Positions 47,231 through 54,756 of a stretch of DNA of 64,000 bases are shown here, piece after piece. How positions within the stretch are numbered: the stretch's first letter is position 1; every line of letters begins with the position of its first letter. Below the pieces are notes generated by a model. It had not been told where the DNA came from and searched no databases. It saw only the letters and a program-made list of their open reading frames with translations. This DNA comes from a virus. The stretch is from the IMG/VR virus record IMGVR_UViG_3300043470_000217, positions 1 to 64,000 of that record; one strand, 5' to 3'. The translations under genes were made by a program, and so were the position numbers.

Positions 47231-48665
47231 AATATTAATTCTATTCATGATGGCTCTGTCTCTCAAAGGACAGAGCTTTTTGTATTCGTTTAAGGACCCA
47301 TGCACACAGGAGTTAAAATTCATTAATGCAAACATGTCTAGTCCTATAGTAATTGCTTACTACGGACAAGTAAAAACTTTCTCCTATACAGAGTTACAAG
47401 ACGGAACTTTTGATAATTGGATAAATAGTGTATATTTGAAGTATAAAAATACATCACCCTGTCAAGGAGTTGCAGTAACAACTACTACAACTACTACAAC
47501 AAATACCACTTTAAACATTGTAAACAATGTCATGAATCTAAGTGCTATTTCAAATGTAGGTAGTGTTAATGTAGATGTTGGATCTAGCACCTCTTCAGGT
47601 ACAAACATAGGAACAATCAAAACCAATAATAAAAATGACAATGGATCAAGTAGTAGTAATCGGCCTGGTAGCACTAGTAGCAATAGTGATAATCCAGATT
47701 CTAAAACTCCGGAAGGAGGAGAACCAACTCAAGGAACAGGAAGCTCAGGAGATAATCCGAGCAGCCCAGGAAGTGATGGTGGAAGCAACAGCTCCAGTTC
47801 AGGCTCCAGTAGTGGAGGAAACTCCAGTGGTAGCTCCAGTGGTAGTGGAAGCAGTAGTGGAAGTAGTGGAAGCTCCCAAGGTGGAGGAGGAAGTGGTGGT
47901 AAAACCGAAGAAAAAACGGAAGTACAAACCGAGAAACCCACAGAACAAAAAATAGAAGATACTAAAACTGAGCAACAAAAGACTCAGTCTTCTAGTACAG
48001 CAAAGGCAGCCAGCAAAGCAAAAGCTGAGGTTGCTAAACCTGCTATTCTTGTTACCGGGGATATAGTAGGTATACAAAAAGCAGATGATGGTGCTCAAGA
48101 TGCAAGAGGTACTATGTCCTTTACAAGAGTAAAAGGGGATGGTACTTCTTCATTAGGTGGCTCTGTAGATTATATGCTAAATGCTAAGATAGCAAACATA
48201 TCTTTATTACGCTCTTGGATAGGAGCTAATAGCAAAGGTCACAAACATATCAATGTTATATCCAATGGACTTAGTGTAATGCCTAAGTCTATGTCAAACA
48301 CTCTTCTATTTGTAAGAGTTAATTCAGTTAAGAATTTTACTGCGCTCTATGGAGGTGCCGGTACATATGGTAAATTGTATGGTGAAGAAATGATATCTAC
48401 AATTGCTATAGCCGGTTTTATGTATAAGGGTAAACTTACCAAACACATAGACGCTACGGTTATTATGGCTGGTATCTACTCTCCATACTCTAAGTATTAC
48501 ACAGAGTCTTTATTTGAAGCTAAGCCTATTATGATTCCTTTCTTTAACTTTACCTACAAGATGACTAAGACTTTTGGCTTAGGTATTACAGGAGGCGGAA
48601 CATATATAGCCGGGCAAAACATTTTAAACTATCAAATGCTTCTAGGTGCTAAACTATTACTATGA
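47214..48665 (+). CDS. Secreted protein with Gly/Ser linker and probable C-terminal outer-membrane beta-barrel
   Basis: Signal peptide; Cys-pair N-domain; S/G-rich linker; C-terminal alternating amphipathic strands ending LGAKLLL. Confidence 0.6.
   Translation: MCLKTKILILFMMALSLKGQSFLYSFKDPCTQELKFINANMSSPIVIAYYGQVKTFSYTELQDGTFDNWINSVYLKYKNTSPCQGVAVTTTTTTTTNTTLNIVNNVMNLSAISNVGSVNVDVGSSTSSGTNIGTIKTNNKNDNGSSSSNRPGSTSSNSDNPDSKTPEGGEPTQGTGSSGDNPSSPGSDGGSNSSSSGSSSGGNSSGSSSGSGSSSGSSGSSQGGGGSGGKTEEKTEVQTEKPTEQKIEDTKTEQQKTQSSSTAKAASKAKAEVAKPAILVTGDIVGIQKADDGAQDARGTMSFTRVKGDGTSSLGGSVDYMLNAKIANISLLRSWIGANSKGHKHINVISNGLSVMPKSMSNTLLFVRVNSVKNFTALYGGAGTYGKLYGEEMISTIAIAGFMYKGKLTKHIDATVIMAGIYSPYSKYYTESLFEAKPIMIPFFNFTYKMTKTFGLGITGGGTYIAGQNILNYQMLLGAKLLL
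47635..47955 (+). CDS. Overprinted small membrane-anchored protein (N-terminal TM, basic C-tail)
   Basis: Nested in the +1 frame of 47214-48665; A-rich leader AATAATAAAA-ATG; clean TM helix, E/V/A/P stalk, KPKKKRKYKPR tail. Confidence 0.55.
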   Translation: MTMDQVVVIGLVALVAIVIIQILKLRKEENQLKEQEAQEIIRAAQEVMVEATAPVQAPVVEETPVVAPVVVEAVVEVVEAPKVEEEVVVKPKKKRKYKPRNPQNKK

Positions 48666-49648
48666 GATATTTGGTTCTTTTATTGTTTTTACTAGCGCAG
48701 AAACTCTCTGCTCAGTTTACATATTCCGGATATCTGTATAATGCTAATGGATCTGGAGCAAACAATGTTGCTATAAAACTATATAGAAGAACCAACTCAA
48801 CTATTACAGGCTTTACTAATCAGCAGAACTATAACGGACACTCTTATTACCGTTCTACAGGAACTGCTACATGGACTACTGCTAGATCTAACTGTGCAGC
48901 TATGGGCGGTTATCTAGTAACTATTACTACTGCAGCAGAACAAAGTTTTATATTTAATATATGGCCTTCAGGATGGATAGGATTAACAGATGAAGTAACT
49001 GAGGGTACTTGGAGATGGGTAACAGGAGAAACTTATTCTTATAAAAACTGGAACTCAGGAGAACCTAATAACGCAGGTAATGAAGACTATGTACAGTTTG
49101 TATCTAACGGTAAATGGAATGACTTACCTAACAATGTTTCATTACCTTACGTACTTGAGTTTAACTATGTAGTAACTACTTCTTCTTGGGCACTGTATAA
49201 GACTATATATACTAACTCTTCGGGTTACTATTCTATATCTGAAGCTTATGACCCGTCTAAAGAATACTACATAGAGATAAGTGCTCCTACTAGAGTACAA
49301 GCTTATACTACTTCTGATATACAAGCTGTATCTAATATAGTATTAGGAAAAACTACCAGGAATGGTTTATCTTTCCACATGTTTGATGTAAATGATGATG
49401 GGATAATCTCAGTAGCAGATAAGTACTACGTAGCTGCAAGGAAAGCTGGTAGGTTTTCTAGATGGAGAACAGCACCGGATGTAAGAATATTTACAACTGC
49501 ACAGTATAATGCTATCAAAGCAGCAACTAGTAATGTACGTGCTGCTTATCCCGGAGTATCTACACATACTACAACCACTTTAACTTCAGGAGGAACTTTA
49601 AATCTATATCTAATAGCTCCCGGTTATGCTGGAGCAGTAACTTATTAA
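48662..49648 (+). CDS. Secreted C-type lectin plus dockerin-like protein
   Basis: Signal peptide LSA|Q; C-type lectin motifs WTTARSNC...WIGL...WNSGEPNN...ED...WND; DVNDDGIISVAD dockerin-like loop. Confidence 0.8.
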   Translation: MRYLVLLLFLLAQKLSAQFTYSGYLYNANGSGANNVAIKLYRRTNSTITGFTNQQNYNGHSYYRSTGTATWTTARSNCAAMGGYLVTITTAAEQSFIFNIWPSGWIGLTDEVTEGTWRWVTGETYSYKNWNSGEPNNAGNEDYVQFVSNGKWNDLPNNVSLPYVLEFNYVVTTSSWALYKTIYTNSSGYYSISEAYDPSKEYYIEISAPTRVQAYTTSDIQAVSNIVLGKTTRNGLSFHMFDVNDDGIISVADKYYVAARKAGRFSRWRTAPDVRIFTTAQYNAIKAATSNVRAAYPGVSTHTTTTLTSGGTLNLYLIAPGYAGAVTY

Positions 49649-49650
49649 TC

Positions 49651-50094
49651 ATGAAAAAACTATTTATACTCTCGTTTCTAGTCACTATGGTGGCTTCTCT
49701 TAGTGCTCAATGTTACAAAGTTGACACTGTATCTAACACTGCTACTATAAAATTTCTATTAGACAGACCCGTAGAATTTGGAGCTAAGGCTACACTAGAA
49801 GAATTGATTGCAGATAAGTATTCTTTATGTGATAGTGGAAGTATTGTTACTGGAGAAATTGTATCTATTGCTATGCCAGAACAAATGATTAATATAATTG
49901 GCTTACAATTTTTACAGCGCAAATATATTATCACAACTAAAGTAACAATAAACGGTAAATCATATATGGGTGAGTCTACTAAGACAATGTATGTAAATGC
50001 TATGCTAGTAGAGGTATCAGCTATACCCCATAATAAGAAGGTTTTTTACAAGACTATGCAGCAATCCCTGAAAAATGCTGTAAATTATATATAA
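49651..50094 (+). CDS. Secreted protein, divergent paralog of the CsgG-like lipoprotein
   Basis: Signal peptide LSA|Q; shares GESTKT and a C-terminal K...SL..A helix with 46532-47230. Confidence 0.5.
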   Translation: MKKLFILSFLVTMVASLSAQCYKVDTVSNTATIKFLLDRPVEFGAKATLEELIADKYSLCDSGSIVTGEIVSIAMPEQMINIIGLQFLQRKYIITTKVTINGKSYMGESTKTMYVNAMLVEVSAIPHNKKVFYKTMQQSLKNAVNYI

Positions 50095-50095
50095 G
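50080..50095 (+). promoter_or_regulatory. Candidate late-promoter motif variant GTAAATTATATATAAG
   Basis: Just upstream of the fibre gene at 50106; overlaps the end of the previous gene. Confidence 0.35.
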
Positions 50096-50105
50096 GGATT
50101 AAGTA

Positions 50106-52469
50106 ATGTTAAAACTAGATGTATTATCTGCAGAATTAAACCTGTGGGCCAATGAAACTGAACAACAGTATCGGGCCACAAGAGAGATGCAATATAGAAG
50201 AAATGCAACTCATCTCCGGTATCTTGCTGCTACATTAAATCAATCTAGTATACTTGCCGGTGTAACTTCTTTTAACACAAGAACAGGCGATGTAACTTTA
50301 TTATCAGCTGATGTTGTTTCAGCATTAGGCTATACTCCGGTTACACAAGCAAGAACATTAACAATCAATGGTGTTACTCAAGATCTATCAGCAAATAGAT
50401 CCTGGACTATATCAACTGCTACCCCAACCCTAGCACAAGTAACCACAGCAGGGAACACTACTACTAATTCTATTACTGTAGGTTCATTTAATTTGGGAAG
50501 TAGTGTTGCTGTTAGTACATTTAGTGGGTTTGGATTAAATTATTTTAATGTGGTTGCATTAACAGCAGGGCAGGGTATAAGTGCAGGTTTTGGTCCATCT
50601 GGAACTCCTACAGGTTATGCTTATAATTTTCAATTTGGTAAGTCTTCAACTGTAAATAATAACTCATTATTGTTTATTGGTGGGGGAGCTTCGGCTGGTC
50701 CAGCAGCAAATAAACACCTAATAACTACAAGTACAGACGGGACTGCTACAGCACAACCACTTTCATTTGCCGTTGCAACAGGAAGTTGGGCTTCCGCAAC
50801 TGCTTTGATGACATTAACACCAACTCAAAACGTCCTCATAGGCACTACTACCGATGCAGGATATAAGTTAGATGTGGCAGGTTCAGTACGTTTTACACAA
50901 GGACTTACAGTAGATTATCTTGGAGTAAAAATTGGAGGAGTAACTTTATTATTAGATGCTCAAGGAGGGGGGACTATATCTAGTGCAAATAGTGTAGGGA
51001 ATCCAACTACATATATCACAATGCGTGGTCCTGTTCACTATAATCCGACAAGTGGAGTAGCAGGTACATTTGCTGTTACAGGACAATCTCTTATGTCTAG
51101 TGGAACAGCCACATTCAATACATTAACTGTATCCCCTACTATAAACAACTCAGGAACTTACTCGGGTATTTTTAGAGGATTATACTACAACCCAACTCTT
51201 ACCTCTCTTACAGGAACTACTCACAGAGCAATAGAGACAACTAGTGGTGATGTAATAATTAATACCCAATCGGCATCAGTAAATTCGGGGTATACCACAA
51301 TGGCAATAGGTGGCAGCAGTGGTGTATACTTTCAAATGTATGTAGGACCGAGTCCAACATCACAAAGTTTAAGAGGACAAATCTGGGCGGTAGGAAATAA
51401 CTTACTATTTAATAACCCTGGGGCTGGATACTTGGGATTATACACAACGTTGTACAGTGGTATTACTGTTTGGCCAACTACAGGTAATGTCTATGTGGGA
51501 GCAAGTCCATCAACTGATGCTGGTTATAAGTTAGATGTAGCAGGTAGCGCAAGAATACAAGGTGTAATTACAGGATCTGTTCCTGCGGGTGGTTCTCTAG
51601 TATTAGGTGCAAGTGCTTCAAACCAAAGAGCCATTTATGTAAACGGTTATTTTGTATCAACTGGTGCAATAGTAACAAATAACTATAATTCACGTTCTTA
51701 TAATACTACAATAGGAGGACAAGAAAATGGTCTTATACTTGAGTATAATGGTAATAATCAAGCAGTTTCAAACACTAACCGTTATTTTGTTGTAGCAGGA
51801 AGTATAAATATTACAGGAGGTACAGTTGACTTACAAGGTTATACCTTCATACCAACAATCGTAAGTGAAACAAATGCAACCATTAAAGCATTTACTAGTA
51901 CATTATCTGCTGCTTCAAATCGTTATAATTTATATTTATCTGGAGATGCCCAGAACTATATTGCAGGTAACCTGGGTATAGGAACAACAACACCAACAGA
52001 AAAATTAGAGGTTAGTGGTAATGTAAAAATATCAGGAAATCTTACTACATCACCTACATACACAAACTGCGGATTACTATCACCAATAGGTGTAGCAGAA
52101 AATACTACAGAAACTATTGGTTTTGCAGCAAAAATTGATCCTAATGGTTGGTGGAATCCAGGTACTAAGAGATGGACTCCTACTGTCCCAGGTTTTTACT
52201 TTGTTACTTTACAAGTTAGATGGGATATAGGTACTTTAGGTAATCAGATTAATATTCAGATTCTTAAAAATTTAGCTACTGTGGGTATTGCACAAGACTT
52301 ATTACCTACTAATACAGGATTAACTCATACCACTAGTGCTATTATAGAAATGAATGGTTCTACAGATTATATAACCTTTACCGGATATACATCAAGTACT
52401 ACTGGAGAATTTATTCATGGTGAACCACAAGGTAATTGGACATTTTTTAACGCTTTTAAAATAAATTAA
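50106..52469 (+). CDS. Tail fibre protein with C1q-like C-terminal head
   Basis: VTSFNTRTGDVTL, ALGYTP, RTLTING..DLSANRSW and TLAQVTTAGNTT fibre motifs; repeated DAGYKLDVAGS; C-terminal WTPTVPGFYFV...MNGSTDYI. Confidence 0.8.
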   Translation: MLKLDVLSAELNLWANETEQQYRATREMQYRRNATHLRYLAATLNQSSILAGVTSFNTRTGDVTLLSADVVSALGYTPVTQARTLTINGVTQDLSANRSWTISTATPTLAQVTTAGNTTTNSITVGSFNLGSSVAVSTFSGFGLNYFNVVALTAGQGISAGFGPSGTPTGYAYNFQFGKSSTVNNNSLLFIGGGASAGPAANKHLITTSTDGTATAQPLSFAVATGSWASATALMTLTPTQNVLIGTTTDAGYKLDVAGSVRFTQGLTVDYLGVKIGGVTLLLDAQGGGTISSANSVGNPTTYITMRGPVHYNPTSGVAGTFAVTGQSLMSSGTATFNTLTVSPTINNSGTYSGIFRGLYYNPTLTSLTGTTHRAIETTSGDVIINTQSASVNSGYTTMAIGGSSGVYFQMYVGPSPTSQSLRGQIWAVGNNLLFNNPGAGYLGLYTTLYSGITVWPTTGNVYVGASPSTDAGYKLDVAGSARIQGVITGSVPAGGSLVLGASASNQRAIYVNGYFVSTGAIVTNNYNSRSYNTTIGGQENGLILEYNGNNQAVSNTNRYFVVAGSINITGGTVDLQGYTFIPTIVSETNATIKAFTSTLSAASNRYNLYLSGDAQNYIAGNLGIGTTTPTEKLEVSGNVKISGNLTTSPTYTNCGLLSPIGVAENTTETIGFAAKIDPNGWWNPGTKRWTPTVPGFYFVTLQVRWDIGTLGNQINIQILKNLATVGIAQDLLPTNTGLTHTTSAIIEMNGSTDYITFTGYTSSTTGEFIHGEPQGNWTFFNAFKIN

Positions 52470-52482
52470 TTATATTATATAT

Positions 52483-52755
52483 ATGACACCAATACAACCA
52501 GAAGTAATTCCAACTAAAGGTACCGGTAAGTATTTTAATTTGTTAGCTTTAAACTTCCCAATGAATCCTACATCTGTAACTTTTTATTGGCAGTTGTTTA
52601 CAGAAGTACAAAATGAAGAGGAACAGAATATTCCGGGTACTTGTATTTTAGATGGTAACTTAACTATGGACCAAGAAACATATGCTCAATGGGGAACTGA
52701 TGATGAATATCCAGTTAATTGGGCTCTTGATCAATTAGGATTTACAAAAGCATAA
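52483..52755 (+). CDS. Small tail fibre-associated protein or chaperone
   Basis: FYWQL...GNLTMD..Y.QWG.DD...NWA...LG pattern; directly after the fibre gene. Confidence 0.6.
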   Translation: MTPIQPEVIPTKGTGKYFNLLALNFPMNPTSVTFYWQLFTEVQNEEEQNIPGTCILDGNLTMDQETYAQWGTDDEYPVNWALDQLGFTKA

Positions 52756-52757
52756 TC

Positions 52758-52907
52758 ATGGCAGCACCAGCAAAATCAAAAAAAGCAAGTGTAGGTTCAG
52801 CTAAAACTTTAGCTCCTAAAAATACAAATAAGAAAAAAGGAAAAGCTCATAAGTCTGTAGGACCAAAAGCTACTCCTGAGTCAAAATATCGTGGACAAGG
52901 TAGATAA
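52758..52907 (+). CDS. Small basic protein (49 aa) ending KYRGQGR
   Basis: Below the ORF-track cutoff; MAAPAKSKKASVGSAKTLAPKNTNKKKGKAHKSVGPKATPESKYRGQGR fills the intergenic gap. Confidence 0.7.
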   Translation: MAAPAKSKKASVGSAKTLAPKNTNKKKGKAHKSVGPKATPESKYRGQGR

Positions 52908-52927
52908 TAATTGTTATCTTTGTCATT

Positions 52928-53461
52928 ATGGTATTAGCAGACTCTGAAATCTTATTGGAACACGAGAGAGGTATGATCATTATCTCTCCTTTTAAACGTG
53001 AGTATTTAAATCCAAACTCTGTAGATTTAACTTTAAATCCTAAGTGTAAAGTCTATGTTGCAGAAACATTAGACTGTAGAAAACCTAACCCGGTAGAAGA
53101 ATTTATTATTCCTGAAGAGGGTTATGTTCTACAACCAGGTGAATTATATCTTTACGCCTGTAATGAAACAGTTGGTGTAAAGGAAGATATCTGCGCTACA
53201 GTTATGGGTAAATCTAGTTTAGGTAGATTGGGTTTAGATATACATATCTGTGCGGGATTTATTGATTCCGGATTTGTGGGCTCATTAGTATTAGAGATGC
53301 GTGTGGTTAAACCATTACGTATTTATCCCAATATGAAAATATGCCAAATCAAATTTGAGCGTGTAGCAGGTAAAATACTTCAGACTTATGACAAAAAACC
53401 AGGAAGCAAATACCACGGACAATCAGGAGTGCAAGAATCTCTCATGCATAAAAACTTCTGA
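52928..53461 (+). CDS. dcd: dCTP deaminase
   Basis: NPNSVDLTL, GKSSLGRLGL, AGFIDSGFVGSLVLE, KICQI and KYHGQ motifs; TATCTTTG -7 box at 52915-52922. Confidence 0.92.
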   Translation: MVLADSEILLEHERGMIIISPFKREYLNPNSVDLTLNPKCKVYVAETLDCRKPNPVEEFIIPEEGYVLQPGELYLYACNETVGVKEDICATVMGKSSLGRLGLDIHICAGFIDSGFVGSLVLEMRVVKPLRIYPNMKICQIKFERVAGKILQTYDKKPGSKYHGQSGVQESLMHKNF

Positions 53462-53573
53462 TAATTGTGTATTTTGTAATAGTAGGGTAGAATATATTTT
53501 TGTACATGGTCATTATCAATGCCCAGTATGTAAACAAAATGCTATACCTTGCTGCAACGGAGAACAAGCATGA
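53388..53573 (+). CDS. Small zinc-ribbon protein
   Basis: CVFC...HGHYQCPVC...CC; ATGA coupling to phoH. Confidence 0.55.
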   Translation: MTKNQEANTTDNQECKNLSCIKTSDNCVFCNSRVEYIFVHGHYQCPVCKQNAIPCCNGEQA

Positions 53574-54256
53574 CATCAAACTCATATGACGATGAGGTTT
53601 TCAAAGCAAAAAGAAAACCCAAAAACCCCATTAAGTTTCAGATAACTTTAAATGAGGAACAGAAAAGAGCTAAATCTATAATACTAGATAATCCAATCAC
53701 AGTATTAAAAGGTATGGCCGGTAGTGGTAAGACTCTTGTAGCTTGTCAAGTTGCGCTTGATATGCTGTTTAACAAAGAGGTTGAGAAGATTGTTATTACT
53801 AGACCTACTGTATCTAAAGAAGATATAGGATTCTTACCCGGTGATATTAAAGAAAAAATGGATCCCTGGTTAGCACCTATCTATCATAATCTATATGCTC
53901 TTTATAGTAAAGAGAAAGTAGATAAAGAGATAGAGTTAGGAAACATAGAGATTGTACCATTTGCTTTTGTACGAGGAAGGACATTTGTAAATAACTTTAT
54001 CATTGTAGATGAGGCCCAGAATGTTACTCATTCACAGATGGAAGCCATACTGGGTAGACTTGGTAAAGAAAGTAAGATGGTAGTTTGTGGAGACATTGCA
54101 CAGATAGATCTTAAAGATAAAAAGACATCCGGCTTTAGTTTCTTAGCACGTATAGAAGAACATGTAGAAGGATTTAAAGTATTTGCTCTATTACAGAACC
54201 ATAGACATAAGATTGTTGCGCCTATACTAGAGGTATACAAAACATTTAGTGACTAA
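53570..54256 (+). CDS. phoH: PhoH-family ATPase
   Basis: GMAGSGKT Walker A, ITRP, IGFLPG, RGRTF, DEAQN, GDIAQID and HRH motifs; ATG 53570 preferred. Confidence 0.93.
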   Translation: MTSNSYDDEVFKAKRKPKNPIKFQITLNEEQKRAKSIILDNPITVLKGMAGSGKTLVACQVALDMLFNKEVEKIVITRPTVSKEDIGFLPGDIKEKMDPWLAPIYHNLYALYSKEKVDKEIELGNIEIVPFAFVRGRTFVNNFIIVDEAQNVTHSQMEAILGRLGKESKMVVCGDIAQIDLKDKKTSGFSFLARIEEHVEGFKVFALLQNHRHKIVAPILEVYKTFSD

Positions 54257-54284
54257 AAAGAAACCCTCCTTTTTAGGGGAGGGT
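54256..54284 (-). terminator. Terminator at the convergence of + and - transcription
   Basis: ACCCTCC/GGAGGGT stem (54263-54284) followed on the - strand by TTCTTTTT. Confidence 0.65.
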
Positions 54285-54324
54285 CAGTCAAGGGATACTA
54301 TCCCAAGAGGGGTTCAAGTTCTTT

Positions 54325-54615
54325 TTACCAGATGATGGCAACATCTTGCTCACCAACCATAATCTTAATACCTGCATCAGGCATTTCAATAATCTCTGCG
54401 TTTTGCAAGACAATGGTAGGAATATAAACTTTATCTCCAACTACTACTTCGGTGACATCTTCACCAACAGCAAATACTTCAAGATTAGTCCATTTTTTCA
54501 TTAAGTCAGCGTCAATCTCTGCTTGTTGTGCAGCAGTAAGTTCAATACCGCTTTTTTCTTTGTGGGGTTTGCTAAGAAGTATTCTTCTACCTCTTAATTT
54601 TTTAAAGTTGCTCAT
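54325..54615 (-). CDS. groES: GroES-like co-chaperonin
   Basis: LRGRRILL...SGIEL...VFAVGEDV..VVVGDKV...EQDVAII is a Cpn10 pattern. Confidence 0.75.
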   Translation of the reverse strand: MSNFKKLRGRRILLSKPHKEKSGIELTAAQQAEIDADLMKKWTNLEVFAVGEDVTEVVVGDKVYIPTIVLQNAEIIEMPDAGIKIMVGEQDVAIIW

Positions 54616-54640
54616 ATGCTTTGTTGTTTTTTTTGTTTAA

Positions 54641-54703
54641 TAAAAAAGCCACTCAAGTGTATCAGAAAACAGGTCAATCCTGATACACTTTTATGAGCAG
54701 CTT
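54641..54703 (-). terminator. Long bulged hairpin plus U-tract (terminator, attenuator or sRNA 3' end)
   Basis: On the - strand AAGCUGCUC/GAGUGGCUU (two G-U pairs) stacks on a perfect 11-bp AAGUGUAUCAG/CUGAUACACUU stem, followed by U residues. Confidence 0.7.
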
Positions 54704-54726
54704 ACTATGAAAATTCAGAAGACATA

Positions 54727-54756
54727 CAAATATAATTATTTTTTGATATCATCAAA
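54727..54756 (-). promoter_or_regulatory. Bacteroidota sigma70-type promoter
   Basis: - strand TTTG-N18-TATATTTG. Confidence 0.65.

Noticed and set aside
47462-48098. Minus-strand ORFs over the Gly/Ser linker
   Set aside because: Low-complexity mirror translations (poly-V, L/P-rich) against the operon direction
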